Below are positions 32,966 to 42,706 of a stretch of 48,716 nt of DNA, piece by piece. This stretch comes from Coniocarpon cinnabarinum (lineage: Eukaryota), in the NCBI GenBank assembly GCA_051942205.1, contig JAVECO010000067.1, positions 62,001 through 110,716 of the forward strand. The letters are read 5' to 3'. The position numbers and the translations under genes were made by a program. The stretch's first letter is position 1. Every line of letters begins with the position of its first letter. The notes under the pieces were generated by a model. That model saw nothing but the letters and a program-made list of their open reading frames with translations, did no database searches and had not been told where the DNA came from.

Positions 32966-34555
32966 ATGACTGATTTCTCTGCAGCGGCTCGGTTACTGCT
33001 TCCGCGCGTCCCTCTGATGCTCAAAACAGGCGTCTCTCATGTTCTTAGCCTCTCGGAGGAATCATCAAAATGGGATCTGAAGACTGCCCTGCTCATCGCG
33101 ACCGTGCGCAGTATCATGGCCCAGTCCACATCGTCAGTGACGCAACAGCAGCGCTTTTCCCTGCGCGATCCGGGGGTCAAAGGCCCAATGTGGGTCGTCC
33201 CAATTACACTTGGACTGGACGACAACGAGGACGACATCCGTCAGTTGCTATTTCGAGCAGTTGAGGACATGAATGAGACTGGTTTGGAGAGGTATGAAAA
33301 ATGTATCTTGAAACCTGTAGAGGCAGAGTGGCAGGCGCATCGAAAGGGTGTGTCGCAGACGGCTCAGCCGCCACCCAACGTAAACAACGAGCAAATGTTT
33401 GCTAAGATGTGCGATGATCTCGAGTCAGATGGTACGATCTTGTATTTCCATGGTGGTGCTCACTACCTCATGGATCCGTCCTCTCACAGGCCATTGGCAG
33501 CGCGGCTTTGCGAGATCGCTGGTTGCTGCCGTGCACTCAGCATTCGATATAGGCTGTCACCTCAAAACCCTTTCCCCGCCGCCATTCTGGACTCGTTGGT
33601 CGCGTATCTGAGCTTGTTATATCCACACACTAGCTCCTTGCATCAAGCTTCGGATGCCAGTAAGATCGTGTTCGCAGGCGATAGCGCAGGCGGAAACATC
33701 TCCATGGCGCTTCTCCAGCTCTTGCTTCATCTACGGCGGAAATTTGACCCGCAGAAAGGGCCGACCCTTCGGTTCAATGGCAGAGACATTCCCTTGCCCC
33801 TGCCTCTGCCAGCTGGTGTCGCAACGAATGCCGCTTGGAGCGATTTCACGCGCTCATCGCCCTCCAACTTCACCAACGCTCATTACGACTATTTACCGCT
33901 TCCAGCTGTCTCGTTAACGGCCACGCCCGCTTCCTCGGCACCCATCACGAGCGCTACGGCAAGCGTCTCAACGCCTTCCCCGTGGTCAGGTTACAAGGTC
34001 AGTTCCTCCACCGTCCTCCCCCAGCGCAACCATCGACCCGGCCAATCACTCAACCCGTATCCCTGTGACGCGTGGCCGGCAACGCCACCCCGCGCAGAAC
34101 TCTATTGCGAGGGCGAGTCGCTCTGTCATCCGCTTGTTTCGCCTCTCATCGTCCCTGCCGAGCACTGGCGTGGCGCCTGTCCGCTCTTCTTCGAATGCGG
34201 CGAAGAAGAGCTTGCTGACGAGGTTCGCGCGCTGGCACGTCGGGCGGCGAGCGTTGGTGTTCCGGTGCGCTGGATCGGCTTCGAAGCGATGCCTCACTGT
34301 TTCGCGATGATGATTCAAGGCACAGAGACATCGGCGAAAGGGATCCGCGAGTGGGGTGAGTGGATAGGTAAAGCCCTGGAGGGTAGAAAGCTGGATAGCA
34401 CTGGGACGTGGGTGCGGGCGAAGACGCTTACAGAGGAAAGTGCGGAACTAGAGAAGTTGACTGGGGAGTTGACGGATGAAGAGATTTTCGCAAGGATGCG
34501 GTGGGAGCGGCAGAGAAGATGTGATGTATTCCGGGCGTTGGTGAACGGAGAATGA
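32966..34555 (+). CDS. Alpha/beta hydrolase, hormone-sensitive-lipase (GDXG) family esterase/lipase, 529 aa, intronless
   Basis: Oxyanion LYFHGGA, YRLSPQNPFPAAILD, nucleophile GDSAGG, HPLVSP, acidic GEEELADE and His in AMPHCF. Confidence 0.9.
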   Translation: MTDFSAAARLLLPRVPLMLKTGVSHVLSLSEESSKWDLKTALLIATVRSIMAQSTSSVTQQQRFSLRDPGVKGPMWVVPITLGLDDNEDDIRQLLFRAVEDMNETGLERYEKCILKPVEAEWQAHRKGVSQTAQPPPNVNNEQMFAKMCDDLESDGTILYFHGGAHYLMDPSSHRPLAARLCEIAGCCRALSIRYRLSPQNPFPAAILDSLVAYLSLLYPHTSSLHQASDASKIVFAGDSAGGNISMALLQLLLHLRRKFDPQKGPTLRFNGRDIPLPLPLPAGVATNAAWSDFTRSSPSNFTNAHYDYLPLPAVSLTATPASSAPITSATASVSTPSPWSGYKVSSSTVLPQRNHRPGQSLNPYPCDAWPATPPRAELYCEGESLCHPLVSPLIVPAEHWRGACPLFFECGEEELADEVRALARRAASVGVPVRWIGFEAMPHCFAMMIQGTETSAKGIREWGEWIGKALEGRKLDSTGTWVRAKTLTEESAELEKLTGELTDEEIFARMRWERQRRCDVFRALVNGE

Positions 34556-34617
34556 AGGCACATGGACACGGACTTTTGGAAAGATGACGTGAACGTCATA
34601 GAGCCAAAGAATGACTG

Positions 34618-34640
34618 GATAGATAGATAGATAGATAGAT
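34618..34640 (+). repeat. (GATA)5+GAT tetranucleotide microsatellite in the hydrolase 3' flank
   Basis: Read directly. Confidence 0.9.
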
Positions 34641-35448
34641 CATGAGCGTTCCGTTCAAGTCGCATTTTTTGCAGCATCCATCTGATTGGATCTCTACTGC
34701 GCCGCTTCATACGTCCGTCAGTAGTAGAGAACAGAAAGACCTCATTACACTACTTTTACTACACACCTAGACCCTTCCAAACTCCTCATCAAGCGTGTGA
34801 TAAATTTGAGAAGGAGATATTTAGATGTGCTACGCCAGTCGTGCGCTTGCTAACCTTTCTCGTAGCATCAGATGACACTGAAGGCTCAGAGTGCCGTGCG
34901 ATCGGCGCCACACTTCCATCGACCAGACAGTGGAGTTGCCGTTGAGTGAGCCATGATCGATCAAGTCGCTCGATCATGATGCCCCGTACTTCCTACCGAC
35001 ACTAGGGATTAACTTGAAATTGATGAAGTGTGGCAAAATCGAGTTGGTCAGCTAACAACAGGCGTACACATCCAATGAGCAATCAAATCTATATTACTAA
35101 GGCCATTCCATCCTAGAGACGTACACGTATACCAACTCAAAATGCACGGTGCCTGTCTCTCCAACCTCTGCCAATTTTGTCAAAGTTAGTGACTTGAAGA
35201 ACCATACTCCGGTACTATAGGTAGCACCAACGTATCCCTAGCGATGTGCCCGCCTCGACGGCACCGTGCAGCGTGTTGAAGTCTGGCTCTTTGGAACAGG
35301 ATGAAAAGCCTTGACTCTATAGATCACTTCTGAGTCGTGAACAGCTGTCGCAGCAGTAAAAGCTTTGGTAGTGTCTTTTCAATGGCTAGCTCAGATGCCT
35401 TCAGTGGACACAGAAGCATAGGGTGCTTTGGGGCACCGATTTTTTCCA

Positions 35449-35478
35449 CATAATCACGTACTCCATAATCACGTACTC
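35449..35478 (+). repeat. Perfect 15-bp tandem duplication (CATAATCACGTACTC x2)
   Basis: Read directly in the hydrolase-RFT1 intergenic region. Confidence 0.9.
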
Positions 35479-35760
35479 TGTTGCACGGCCATGCCAGGTG
35501 TGAAAGGGTGAAAGTTCTGCTTCGCTTCGCAACTTGACCACCTGCCACTCACTCAGGGCTATCAAGTGCTCTCGAACTCGTCATAATGATTTTACCAGCG
35601 TCCCAATAAGCCTGCTGACTCTTTTGATTGGCAATCGTCCCCATTGTCACCATTTTTATAGAGCCAGCAGAGCCTATGAGTCCGCAGAGTCCGGTCAAGG
35701 GTCAGAACAGCGGCCATAGCAGACAGTCCAACTTTCACACGGCTTTCGTGGCGAAGGCGA

Positions 35761-37590
35761 CTAGTTCTTTTTGCTGCTGCTGGCCGCTATGGCTCCACCC
35801 TCTATTGTCGGCGCAAGGAGCTCCCATTGCTCCAGCCAAAATGCCCGCTCGGTATACGCCATACCCAACGTCGTTGCTCCAGCCACCGGCCCCTTCACCA
35901 AAATCTCCCCCACAATTGGTGAATCTACCCAGCCCGACAATTCCAAGAAGTTCGTCCGCATGCTTGCCGCTGCGATTGCTGCAACAGCCACAGTGCCTCC
36001 GCTCGGCAGCAACCCTTCAATGCCCAATGCCAAGTCCTTTGCGCCGAACCAGTGGCCAGTCCAGCGGTAGCTCCACAGGATGCGCGCGCCCATAGCAATT
36101 CCTTGTGCCAGTATGAGACCTTCTGCACCCCATTTGAGCAGCCCGAGCAAAACATAGCCAGCAATCATGAACATGGCCGCGAACACGCTGAACAGAACGC
36201 TCTGCCAATGCAGCTGTGACGGAGGCGCAACGGCCGCGACAAAAGCCTCTAAGATACCATTATATGCCAGGCAGGGAAGCAAATAGAGGTACGTCGCGAG
36301 TGTGTCACCAGCCGATGACGAATTCGAGTCCGCTGAATTGGAGTGGCCGTGGGAGTGGCCGGAAGGACCAGATGCCCACTTGGCGCCAGCGATGAGTCTC
36401 AACGCCAGCGGCGCCAGCGGAGGTCCCACTGCAAGCAACCAAACCGAGAACAGCGAGTACATCTTCAGAACGAGCATGAGAGTGCTCCGTGCCTGCCGGA
36501 GGTTGGTCTCCATGCCTTTCTTAGCAGCGAGTTCCTCCTTCTCATCTACCTCGCTAGCTTTTCCTTTCTCTCTTTTCTTCTCATCCTCAACAACGACATC
36601 TGCATCCTGCTCGGCGCCTGCACACAGACGCCCAAAGAGACCACGGCATCCCTCCTCAATTGGCTGCAAAGCTACGCGCGCAATCAAACTGCCATAGTTG
36701 TGTGCAAGGTCGTACGATCCTTGGGCGGCGAGTGAAGCGTAGCGAGCCAGAATGATATGATCACCTTCCCCAAGGATCTGCTTGATGATTGTCTGCGAAG
36801 AGACGGTAAGACCCAGGTACAGCAGGTTCCTACTGACGAAGTTGAGGAGATACGAATCGGCTGAGGCCGTAAGTGAGCTATCTTGTTGGGGCGCATCGGT
36901 AACTCTCGGGGATTCTTTGCCGCCATCTGAAGTGCCTGCCGCAGGGCTAGACGCTTGTGGTGCAACCTGCTTGGGCAGCCAAGATACCTTGGCCTCGCGA
37001 ATTACTGGGGGGATGCGCACCAGATACACAAGTAACAGCACAACAGCATATCCCATCTGTCCGTAGGCAAACGGCAGCACGCCCGGCTCTTTGCCGGTCC
37101 AGTCAGCTACGACGACGCTCGCAAAGGTGACAATGCACCGCGCCACCGTCCCCAGCGTTTCCGCCTGGCCTCTCACTCCGTACTGGCCCTTGACCTGAAC
37201 CAGCGCAAACGCAGGCTCCGCCGCCATCTCGAGCACGGCTGCGCCGCAGACCCAGTTCACCGCTTGCTGCATGCCATTGACGGCCGGAAGTCCCGAGTAC
37301 TCGTACAACCATTTGAATCCCAGACTCAACGGAACGCCAAGCAGCACGGGAAGATGCGCGGCGTTCACTACCCCCTGTAAATTTGGGTCGTAGCCCTCGC
37401 GTGCGAGCGCGACTCGCAGAGAGTCGCGGGCGAAGGTGAGGATGGTGGTGTTGAGGAGCTCGAGCTGGGTGGAAGCGCCGAGGAGGGTGGGTGAGAGGTA
37501 GCGCAGAGAGGCCTGATTGATGACGAAAGTACTGAGCCGCGAGAGGACCTGGATGGCAATGAGCGTGCCTGTCGCGCGAAGGGCGGACAT
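35761..37590 (-). CDS. RFT1: Rft1 oligosaccharide translocation/Man5GlcNAc2-PP-dolichol protein, ~609 aa, intronless
   Basis: First in-frame ATG at 37590. Motifs LIAIQVLSRLSTFVINQ, QLELLNTTILTFARDSLRVAL, LEMAAEP, KQILGEGD, QGSYDLAHNYGSLIARVALQPIEE and LPCLAYNGILEAFV. Confidence 0.93.
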   Translation of the reverse strand: MSALRATGTLIAIQVLSRLSTFVINQASLRYLSPTLLGASTQLELLNTTILTFARDSLRVALAREGYDPNLQGVVNAAHLPVLLGVPLSLGFKWLYEYSGLPAVNGMQQAVNWVCGAAVLEMAAEPAFALVQVKGQYGVRGQAETLGTVARCIVTFASVVVADWTGKEPGVLPFAYGQMGYAVVLLLVYLVRIPPVIREAKVSWLPKQVAPQASSPAAGTSDGGKESPRVTDAPQQDSSLTASADSYLLNFVSRNLLYLGLTVSSQTIIKQILGEGDHIILARYASLAAQGSYDLAHNYGSLIARVALQPIEEGCRGLFGRLCAGAEQDADVVVEDEKKREKGKASEVDEKEELAAKKGMETNLRQARSTLMLVLKMYSLFSVWLLAVGPPLAPLALRLIAGAKWASGPSGHSHGHSNSADSNSSSAGDTLATYLYLLPCLAYNGILEAFVAAVAPPSQLHWQSVLFSVFAAMFMIAGYVLLGLLKWGAEGLILAQGIAMGARILWSYRWTGHWFGAKDLALGIEGLLPSGGTVAVAAIAAASMRTNFLELSGWVDSPIVGEILVKGPVAGATTLGMAYTERAFWLEQWELLAPTIEGGAIAASSSKKN

Positions 37591-37915
37591 GACGGTGGCG
37601 AATTCCAATCCGGATACCTTACTGTCTTCGATGATGGGAAACGCATGTGCGGGTGAAGTGAGTGCTGCGGGAAGTCTTGGCACCGCCGCCCGGGCCGGGT
37701 GCCCGGGACTCGGCCCGCGGGGTGTACGTACACTTCTCCGATGCGTTGTCCCAGTGGACGATGTCGTGCTCTTCACGCGAAGCAGCGTGGCAGGCTGTTC
37801 AGGATCATGTTTCTATTGTCCGGATGTCAACATGTCGGTCTTGTATGCGGTCGCAGAGTTGCTCTCGAGCTGCGCTACATGTAGACTACCCTCCCCTGGT
37901 TTGCGAGTCTCTTCT

Positions 37916-38290
37916 TCAACTGCATACGAGCTTGCAAAACTCATCGCACAGGAAGCGCCAGATGTGCTCGTTTGAAACGAGTGGATGCAGGCAAGATCGA
38001 GCCACTGGCAATGCTGCCGCGCTGGACATACCTGCAGAGGGGCGACGACATTCTTGACACTTCCACGTGTGCTTGAGATGAGGACTGGCCTCGACGACTC
38101 TCTCAGCGTTCAATACCCGCTTATCATCGGCCTCGCCAGGTGCTCTGACAGCTTGCCGTTCCCCCTCGAGCATGTTTCTGCTGCAGTGCAAGGCTGAACG
38201 CACGTCAGCAGATGCCTGTTCAAGCTTCTCCGTGTACATTGCCATTCTTGCCTCGAACGCTTTGATCTCGATGAGTCGACCAGCCGTCAT
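37916..38290 (-). CDS. Possible small Cys-containing orphan ORF or remnant (~124 aa)
   Basis: ATG at 38290. Amphipathic helical N-terminus (RLIEIKAFEARMAMYTEKLEQASADVRSAL) and a WKCQECRRP...LCDEFCKLVC Cys pattern. No firm family call. Confidence 0.25.
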   Translation of the reverse strand: MTAGRLIEIKAFEARMAMYTEKLEQASADVRSALHCSRNMLEGERQAVRAPGEADDKRVLNAERVVEASPHLKHTWKCQECRRPSAGMSSAAALPVARSCLHPLVSNEHIWRFLCDEFCKLVCS

Positions 38291-38655
38291 CCTGCAGTGC
38301 ACCCCACTCGGTCAGCGGCGTCGAGTGTGCAAGACTCCAACAGCTGCCATTATAAGAAGTGGCGCAGCCAGGCAGACTCCTGCCTGCCGCCCGTCTTCAC
38401 TTGCAGACCTTCAGTTCGGGGTTTCTTTCCTTTCTTTTCACCTTGCTCGTGTCGAGTGAAGACGGTCGAAGCACGCACAGACGCCTTAGCATCACAGAGT
38501 TGTTGACAACTCATCATCAAATCCTTTCACATGCCTTTCGAGCAGAACAGTGGTCAAGGTGCCGTGACCTCACGCGGCAGAGGTTCGCAAACCCCCTAGG
38601 AGACAGCAAATACGATGTCGAAGACTCGGACAGACATAACATAGACAGGAGCTAC

Positions 38656-40030
38656 ATGGCGATCGGCCTGGTCGCGGGCAGGGACCGCAACCGCAATCGC
38701 GATGGAGGCGCTCGAAGTCCGGCCACCACAAGTAATGCTACTGATGTCACTGCTGCAGCTGCCACGGACGCTGACTCCGACTCAGGAGAGTCGCCTCCGA
38801 CCAAGCTATACTTTGCTTACGGGAGTAATCTCTGGCAGAGGCAGATGCGACAGCGCTGTCCCAATTCCGAGTACGTCGGCATCGCTCGCCTGAGAGGGTG
38901 GCAATGGTTCATCTACGCTCGTGGCTACGCGAACATCAACGAGACCGGGCAAATGTCTCTCGCCACGGGTGACAAGGTCTATGCTCTGGTATATGCACTC
39001 ACCGAACATGACGAGAGAACTCTCGATCGCAGGGAGGGCGTCCATGCGCGCAACGGCCCGATATATTCACGACTGATGCTAGATTGTGAGTTTTGGAAGA
39101 AACCGCAGCAACAGCGCCGCATCGACGTTCGAACAGATCCCTCGGAGCGTAAGCAAATGCTGGTATACGTTGACCAGAATTCGAATGGCTCTCAAAGGGG
39201 CCAGGCTAATCAGGAGTATATCAGCAGAATGGTAAGCTGAAACTGCATCAATATCTGCCAAATCCTTCACGCTCAGTCAAATCAGCTGAGTATGCGCATC
39301 TTGCTGATATACACACGTTTACTTACAGAACGCTGGCATTAAAGATGCACTCAGCCGCGGATTTCCATATACCTATGTGAACACCGTCATACGACGGTCA
39401 ATCCCTGCCCCCACGCTGGGGACAACTAATCGTGAAAACCGGTCGGTGTACCAGACGCGAGGGCTATGGCGCAACCTGTCCGATGCTCATCATGCTAATC
39501 TGTTTGAAGGTTCCAAGGCCATCCTGGCCCGATACATGCACGACGTCAACGGGTCCGTCTTTCGCCCAGAGCTCCTCAAGCGACGGCATTGGCGCCGCAG
39601 CGCACGGCACCCAGACCGTCCAGGGGCGTCACAGCAGACGGAAGGGGCCGCCACGGTAGTGGGGAAGATCGCGAAGCGGAAGCAGCAGGTGGCTTGCATG
39701 GGGGTGGCACTAACTGTGCCAAACCAAGAGGGGCACGCCGGCGCTGACAATGAGCAACCAACCCCCAACCGTCAGAGCACTCAGCGTAAGTATGAAACAA
39801 CGCGAGTGCCTGTCTATCATCATCATCATCATCGTCATCATCATCATCATCATCATCGTCATCATCCGCGGAGGCTTCAAGTAGACAGCGCCGTCAGTGG
39901 GGCCCAAGAAGCACGATACGTTCTCTCAACTCGTTCCGAAGAAAAAATTAAGATTAAAGATTATAAGGATGCTTCAGACACCATGCCTAAGTTGATGAGC
40001 TTCTGCGCAAGCGTCAGCCTTTACAGATGA
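38656..40030 (+). CDS. Gamma-glutamylcyclotransferase/AIG2-like protein with long C-terminal extension, ~425 aa
   Basis: Exons 38656-39231 and 39329-40030. Motifs LYFAYGSNLW..QM..RCP, ARLRGWQWFI..RGYANI, VYALVY, LDRREGV and EYISRM|NAGIKDA...YVNTVIRRSIP. The start codon and the 3' exon structure are less certain. Confidence 0.8.
39818..39865 (+). repeat. Interrupted (CAT)n trinucleotide repeat encoding H5-R-H7-R-H2
   Basis: (CAT)5 CGT (CAT)7 CGT (CAT)2 read directly, in frame with the GGCT-like second exon. Confidence 0.9.
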
Positions 40031-40345
40031 AGGGCCCATCCTGAGAGCCCAAAGGCATGTAGCTAAGCTCCATCTCCAGCAGCGGCAAAGACGGCTCCTT
40101 TGTTGAATCTACTGAACGGATTGCGGGAGAGAATTCCTCCCTAGACTCTGCAGAGCGACTGTCGTTTTATCTTTGAGACATTCTGATCACTCTCACTTCC
40201 CATACGTTCAGTTTAAGAAAGAGATTTGGAAGACAGCTTTGACTTGGAAAGCTTAATGCTCTGCATCAGGTCTAAAGCAGGGAGCCTCTGAGAGTCCATA
40301 TTTCACGTAGTGCGAGGTTCCCTCAGTCCACTTGCTGCCTCAGCT

Positions 40346-42385
40346 TCAATCGAATGTAATTTTGGTCCCAGTCTGTCCCTGCATCCCGTCTTTGGTGAAT
40401 GCGCCGTACAGATCATGTCCCTTTTTCTTGACCGTTCCACCGAACCTGAGCAGCTCTTCTGGCACATTCTGGTGTGCTGCCTTGAGAACATTTGTTAACG
40501 CGCCCGCTTGAGCCTTGTCGTGCTCGGTGAAGAGCGTAATTGCCAGACCCGTCTGGCCTGCTCGTCCAGTCCGACCAATGCGGTGCACGTAGTCTTCCGC
40601 TGTGAGAGGGAAAGTGTAGTTCACGACGAGCTTCACTGATGGAATGTCCAGGCCACGTGCTGCCACGTCAGTGGCAACAAGCAGGGGCACTTGGCCATCT
40701 CGAAAAGCGCCGAGAGCAGTGCTCCTCGCAGACTGGTTCAAGTCACCGTGAAGCCCACCGACCTGGTAGCCGAGACTACGAACATATGCCTCAATCTTTG
40801 CAGCTTCCTTTTTGTATAAGCAAAAGATCAGTATTCGGTCTCGCTTCTTGTCCCCTTTTGTATATTTCCTCAAAAGCATATTAAGCTCATGCTGCTTCTC
40901 ATACGGTTTCATTACCATGATTGTCTGCACAATGCTCTCGTTGGCCCTGAGCTCAGCGCCCTCTACGGCGCGGTCGCCTAGCCTAATTTTGACGGGATCG
41001 CTCATGTACGTGCTCGCCAGCCTTTGAATACTCTGTGGCCATGTCGCAGTGTACATCAGCGTTTGTCTCCCGTCTTGTGTCTTCGGACATGCAGCCAGAA
41101 TATCTTTGACGTCGTCTTCGAAGCCTTTGTCCAACATGCGGTCTGCTTCGTCTAGCACTACATATTTGCATCGCTCAAGAACGACTCCATCACGTTTCCC
41201 CATGCTGATGTAATCCTTCAGCCGCCCAGGTGTGGCGACCACGACATGTGCTCTGCGCAGACCAATCAATTGCTCGCTTTTATCCACACCACCATAAGCC
41301 AGCGCGCAATTGAACGTATTACTTGTCCCCAGCTTCGAAAGTTGTTCGTGAATTTGCTGCGCAAGCTCCCTTGTCGGCGTCAACACCAACGCCAATGGGC
41401 TACGTCTGACATTCGTAGTATTGTCATCGCGATCTAATCGAGTCCTGATGTATCGTGCCAGTGGCAAGCCAAACGCCAATGTTTTCCCCGAGCCGGTCTC
41501 AGCGACGCCCACAAGGTCCCGCCCTGCAAATCCGAACGGCCACGAGGCTGACTGGATCGGCATTGGCCGTTTGAACTCCTTTAAGATATCATGACAGAGA
41601 ATGTGGGTAGAAGGAAGCTGGCAAAAATCAAGAATCGGCCTGAGAGAAAATGACGTGGGGTCAGATATGTTCACCGATGCACTGCGATAGAAGTTGTCAA
41701 CTTCAACTTGAGGTAAGTTTGTAAGCTGAGAATGCTCAATGTAGGGGTGGTGCTGGACTTGCGCGGCATTACAGTCAGTCATTTTGCGTCTATCGTGGGC
41801 CAGAATCTGACCCTTTCCTCCTTTTTGTTTCGGCATTTCCATGTTTGCGGAAGACTCGACGCCCCTAGTTTTGATAGAAGATGGCAAGTCTACCGATGTG
41901 AGCTCGGCGGGCGCTGGTTCGAAATCGTTCACACGGCTCATTCCAGGTAGGAGCACATCCTCTCCACGAGATCCCGGGGTCAAGTCTTGGTTGAGGGCAT
42001 GGACGGAGTTCTCATTCGCAGTCCTTACTTCTTCAGCCGTGGCATCTCTGAGGGCGGCCTTCTCTGCTTTGCGAGAGGCTTTGCGCCTTTGTTTCTCGGA
42101 AGACACAAGGTTATCGGTGCTTCTTTCGACGTCTCCTTCGGGGCGCAAAGATGGTCCTGCTGTAAGGCAGTGGCTACTTGATAGCTTTGGGTCGGTCACA
42201 ATGGTCTTGGAATGTCTCGATTCCTTCCGCCGCTTTTTACGTGGTTGAGCACTGGTCTCGGCACCGGATCTTCGTGAAATTCTGTCCGCATAATCCGCGT
42301 CGGCACCGCGACCCTTTCTTGCTTCGAAATCTGTGTCGTGCGTTGTGAACCCTCTGGCGTGGGCATCCGACACCATCGCATCCAT
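40346..42385 (-). CDS. DBP3: ATP-dependent DEAD-box RNA helicase Dbp3 (rRNA processing), 679 aa
   Basis: Q motif PMPIQSASWP, AETGSGKT, PTRELA, TPGRL, DEAD, motif III TAT, ARGLDI and HRIGRTGRAG. The C-terminus LLRFGGTVKKKGHDLYGAF...TKITFD is Dbp3-specific. The exact start is uncertain. Confidence 0.92.
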   Translation of the reverse strand: MDAMVSDAHARGFTTHDTDFEARKGRGADADYADRISRRSGAETSAQPRKKRRKESRHSKTIVTDPKLSSSHCLTAGPSLRPEGDVERSTDNLVSSEKQRRKASRKAEKAALRDATAEEVRTANENSVHALNQDLTPGSRGEDVLLPGMSRVNDFEPAPAELTSVDLPSSIKTRGVESSANMEMPKQKGGKGQILAHDRRKMTDCNAAQVQHHPYIEHSQLTNLPQVEVDNFYRSASVNISDPTSFSLRPILDFCQLPSTHILCHDILKEFKRPMPIQSASWPFGFAGRDLVGVAETGSGKTLAFGLPLARYIRTRLDRDDNTTNVRRSPLALVLTPTRELAQQIHEQLSKLGTSNTFNCALAYGGVDKSEQLIGLRRAHVVVATPGRLKDYISMGKRDGVVLERCKYVVLDEADRMLDKGFEDDVKDILAACPKTQDGRQTLMYTATWPQSIQRLASTYMSDPVKIRLGDRAVEGAELRANESIVQTIMVMKPYEKQHELNMLLRKYTKGDKKRDRILIFCLYKKEAAKIEAYVRSLGYQVGGLHGDLNQSARSTALGAFRDGQVPLLVATDVAARGLDIPSVKLVVNYTFPLTAEDYVHRIGRTGRAGQTGLAITLFTEHDKAQAGALTNVLKAAHQNVPEELLRFGGTVKKKGHDLYGAFTKDGMQGQTGTKITFD

Positions 42386-42706
42386 TAATTTGCGCTTCTT
42401 TGATGTGTCCTTTTGTTTAGACCTCGTCCCGCGTCCGATGAACGGTGAAACATGCGCCGTACTGATCGAAAATGTGACGTGCTGTAAGCTGCAAACATAG
42501 AAGAACAGCCAGATATGCAGGCACGCCAGCTGTCACGTCTGGGTAGGTAGCGAATTTCCAGTGCGACGGACGCGGCACCCTGCCAGGCTGCCATTCAATG
42601 TCTGTCACATGCTGTCCTACTCCTACTGCCTCACTGCGGCGACATCGTGTCCGCTGGATATCCGCCCTACTCGCTGCTCCTTGCCCGCAAGCCTCATTCC
42701 ATCAAT

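Noticed and set aside
37591..37776. 62-aa N-terminal extension of RFT1 in the ORF track
   Set aside because: GTG start and low-complexity sequence; family similarity begins at the ATG at 37590.
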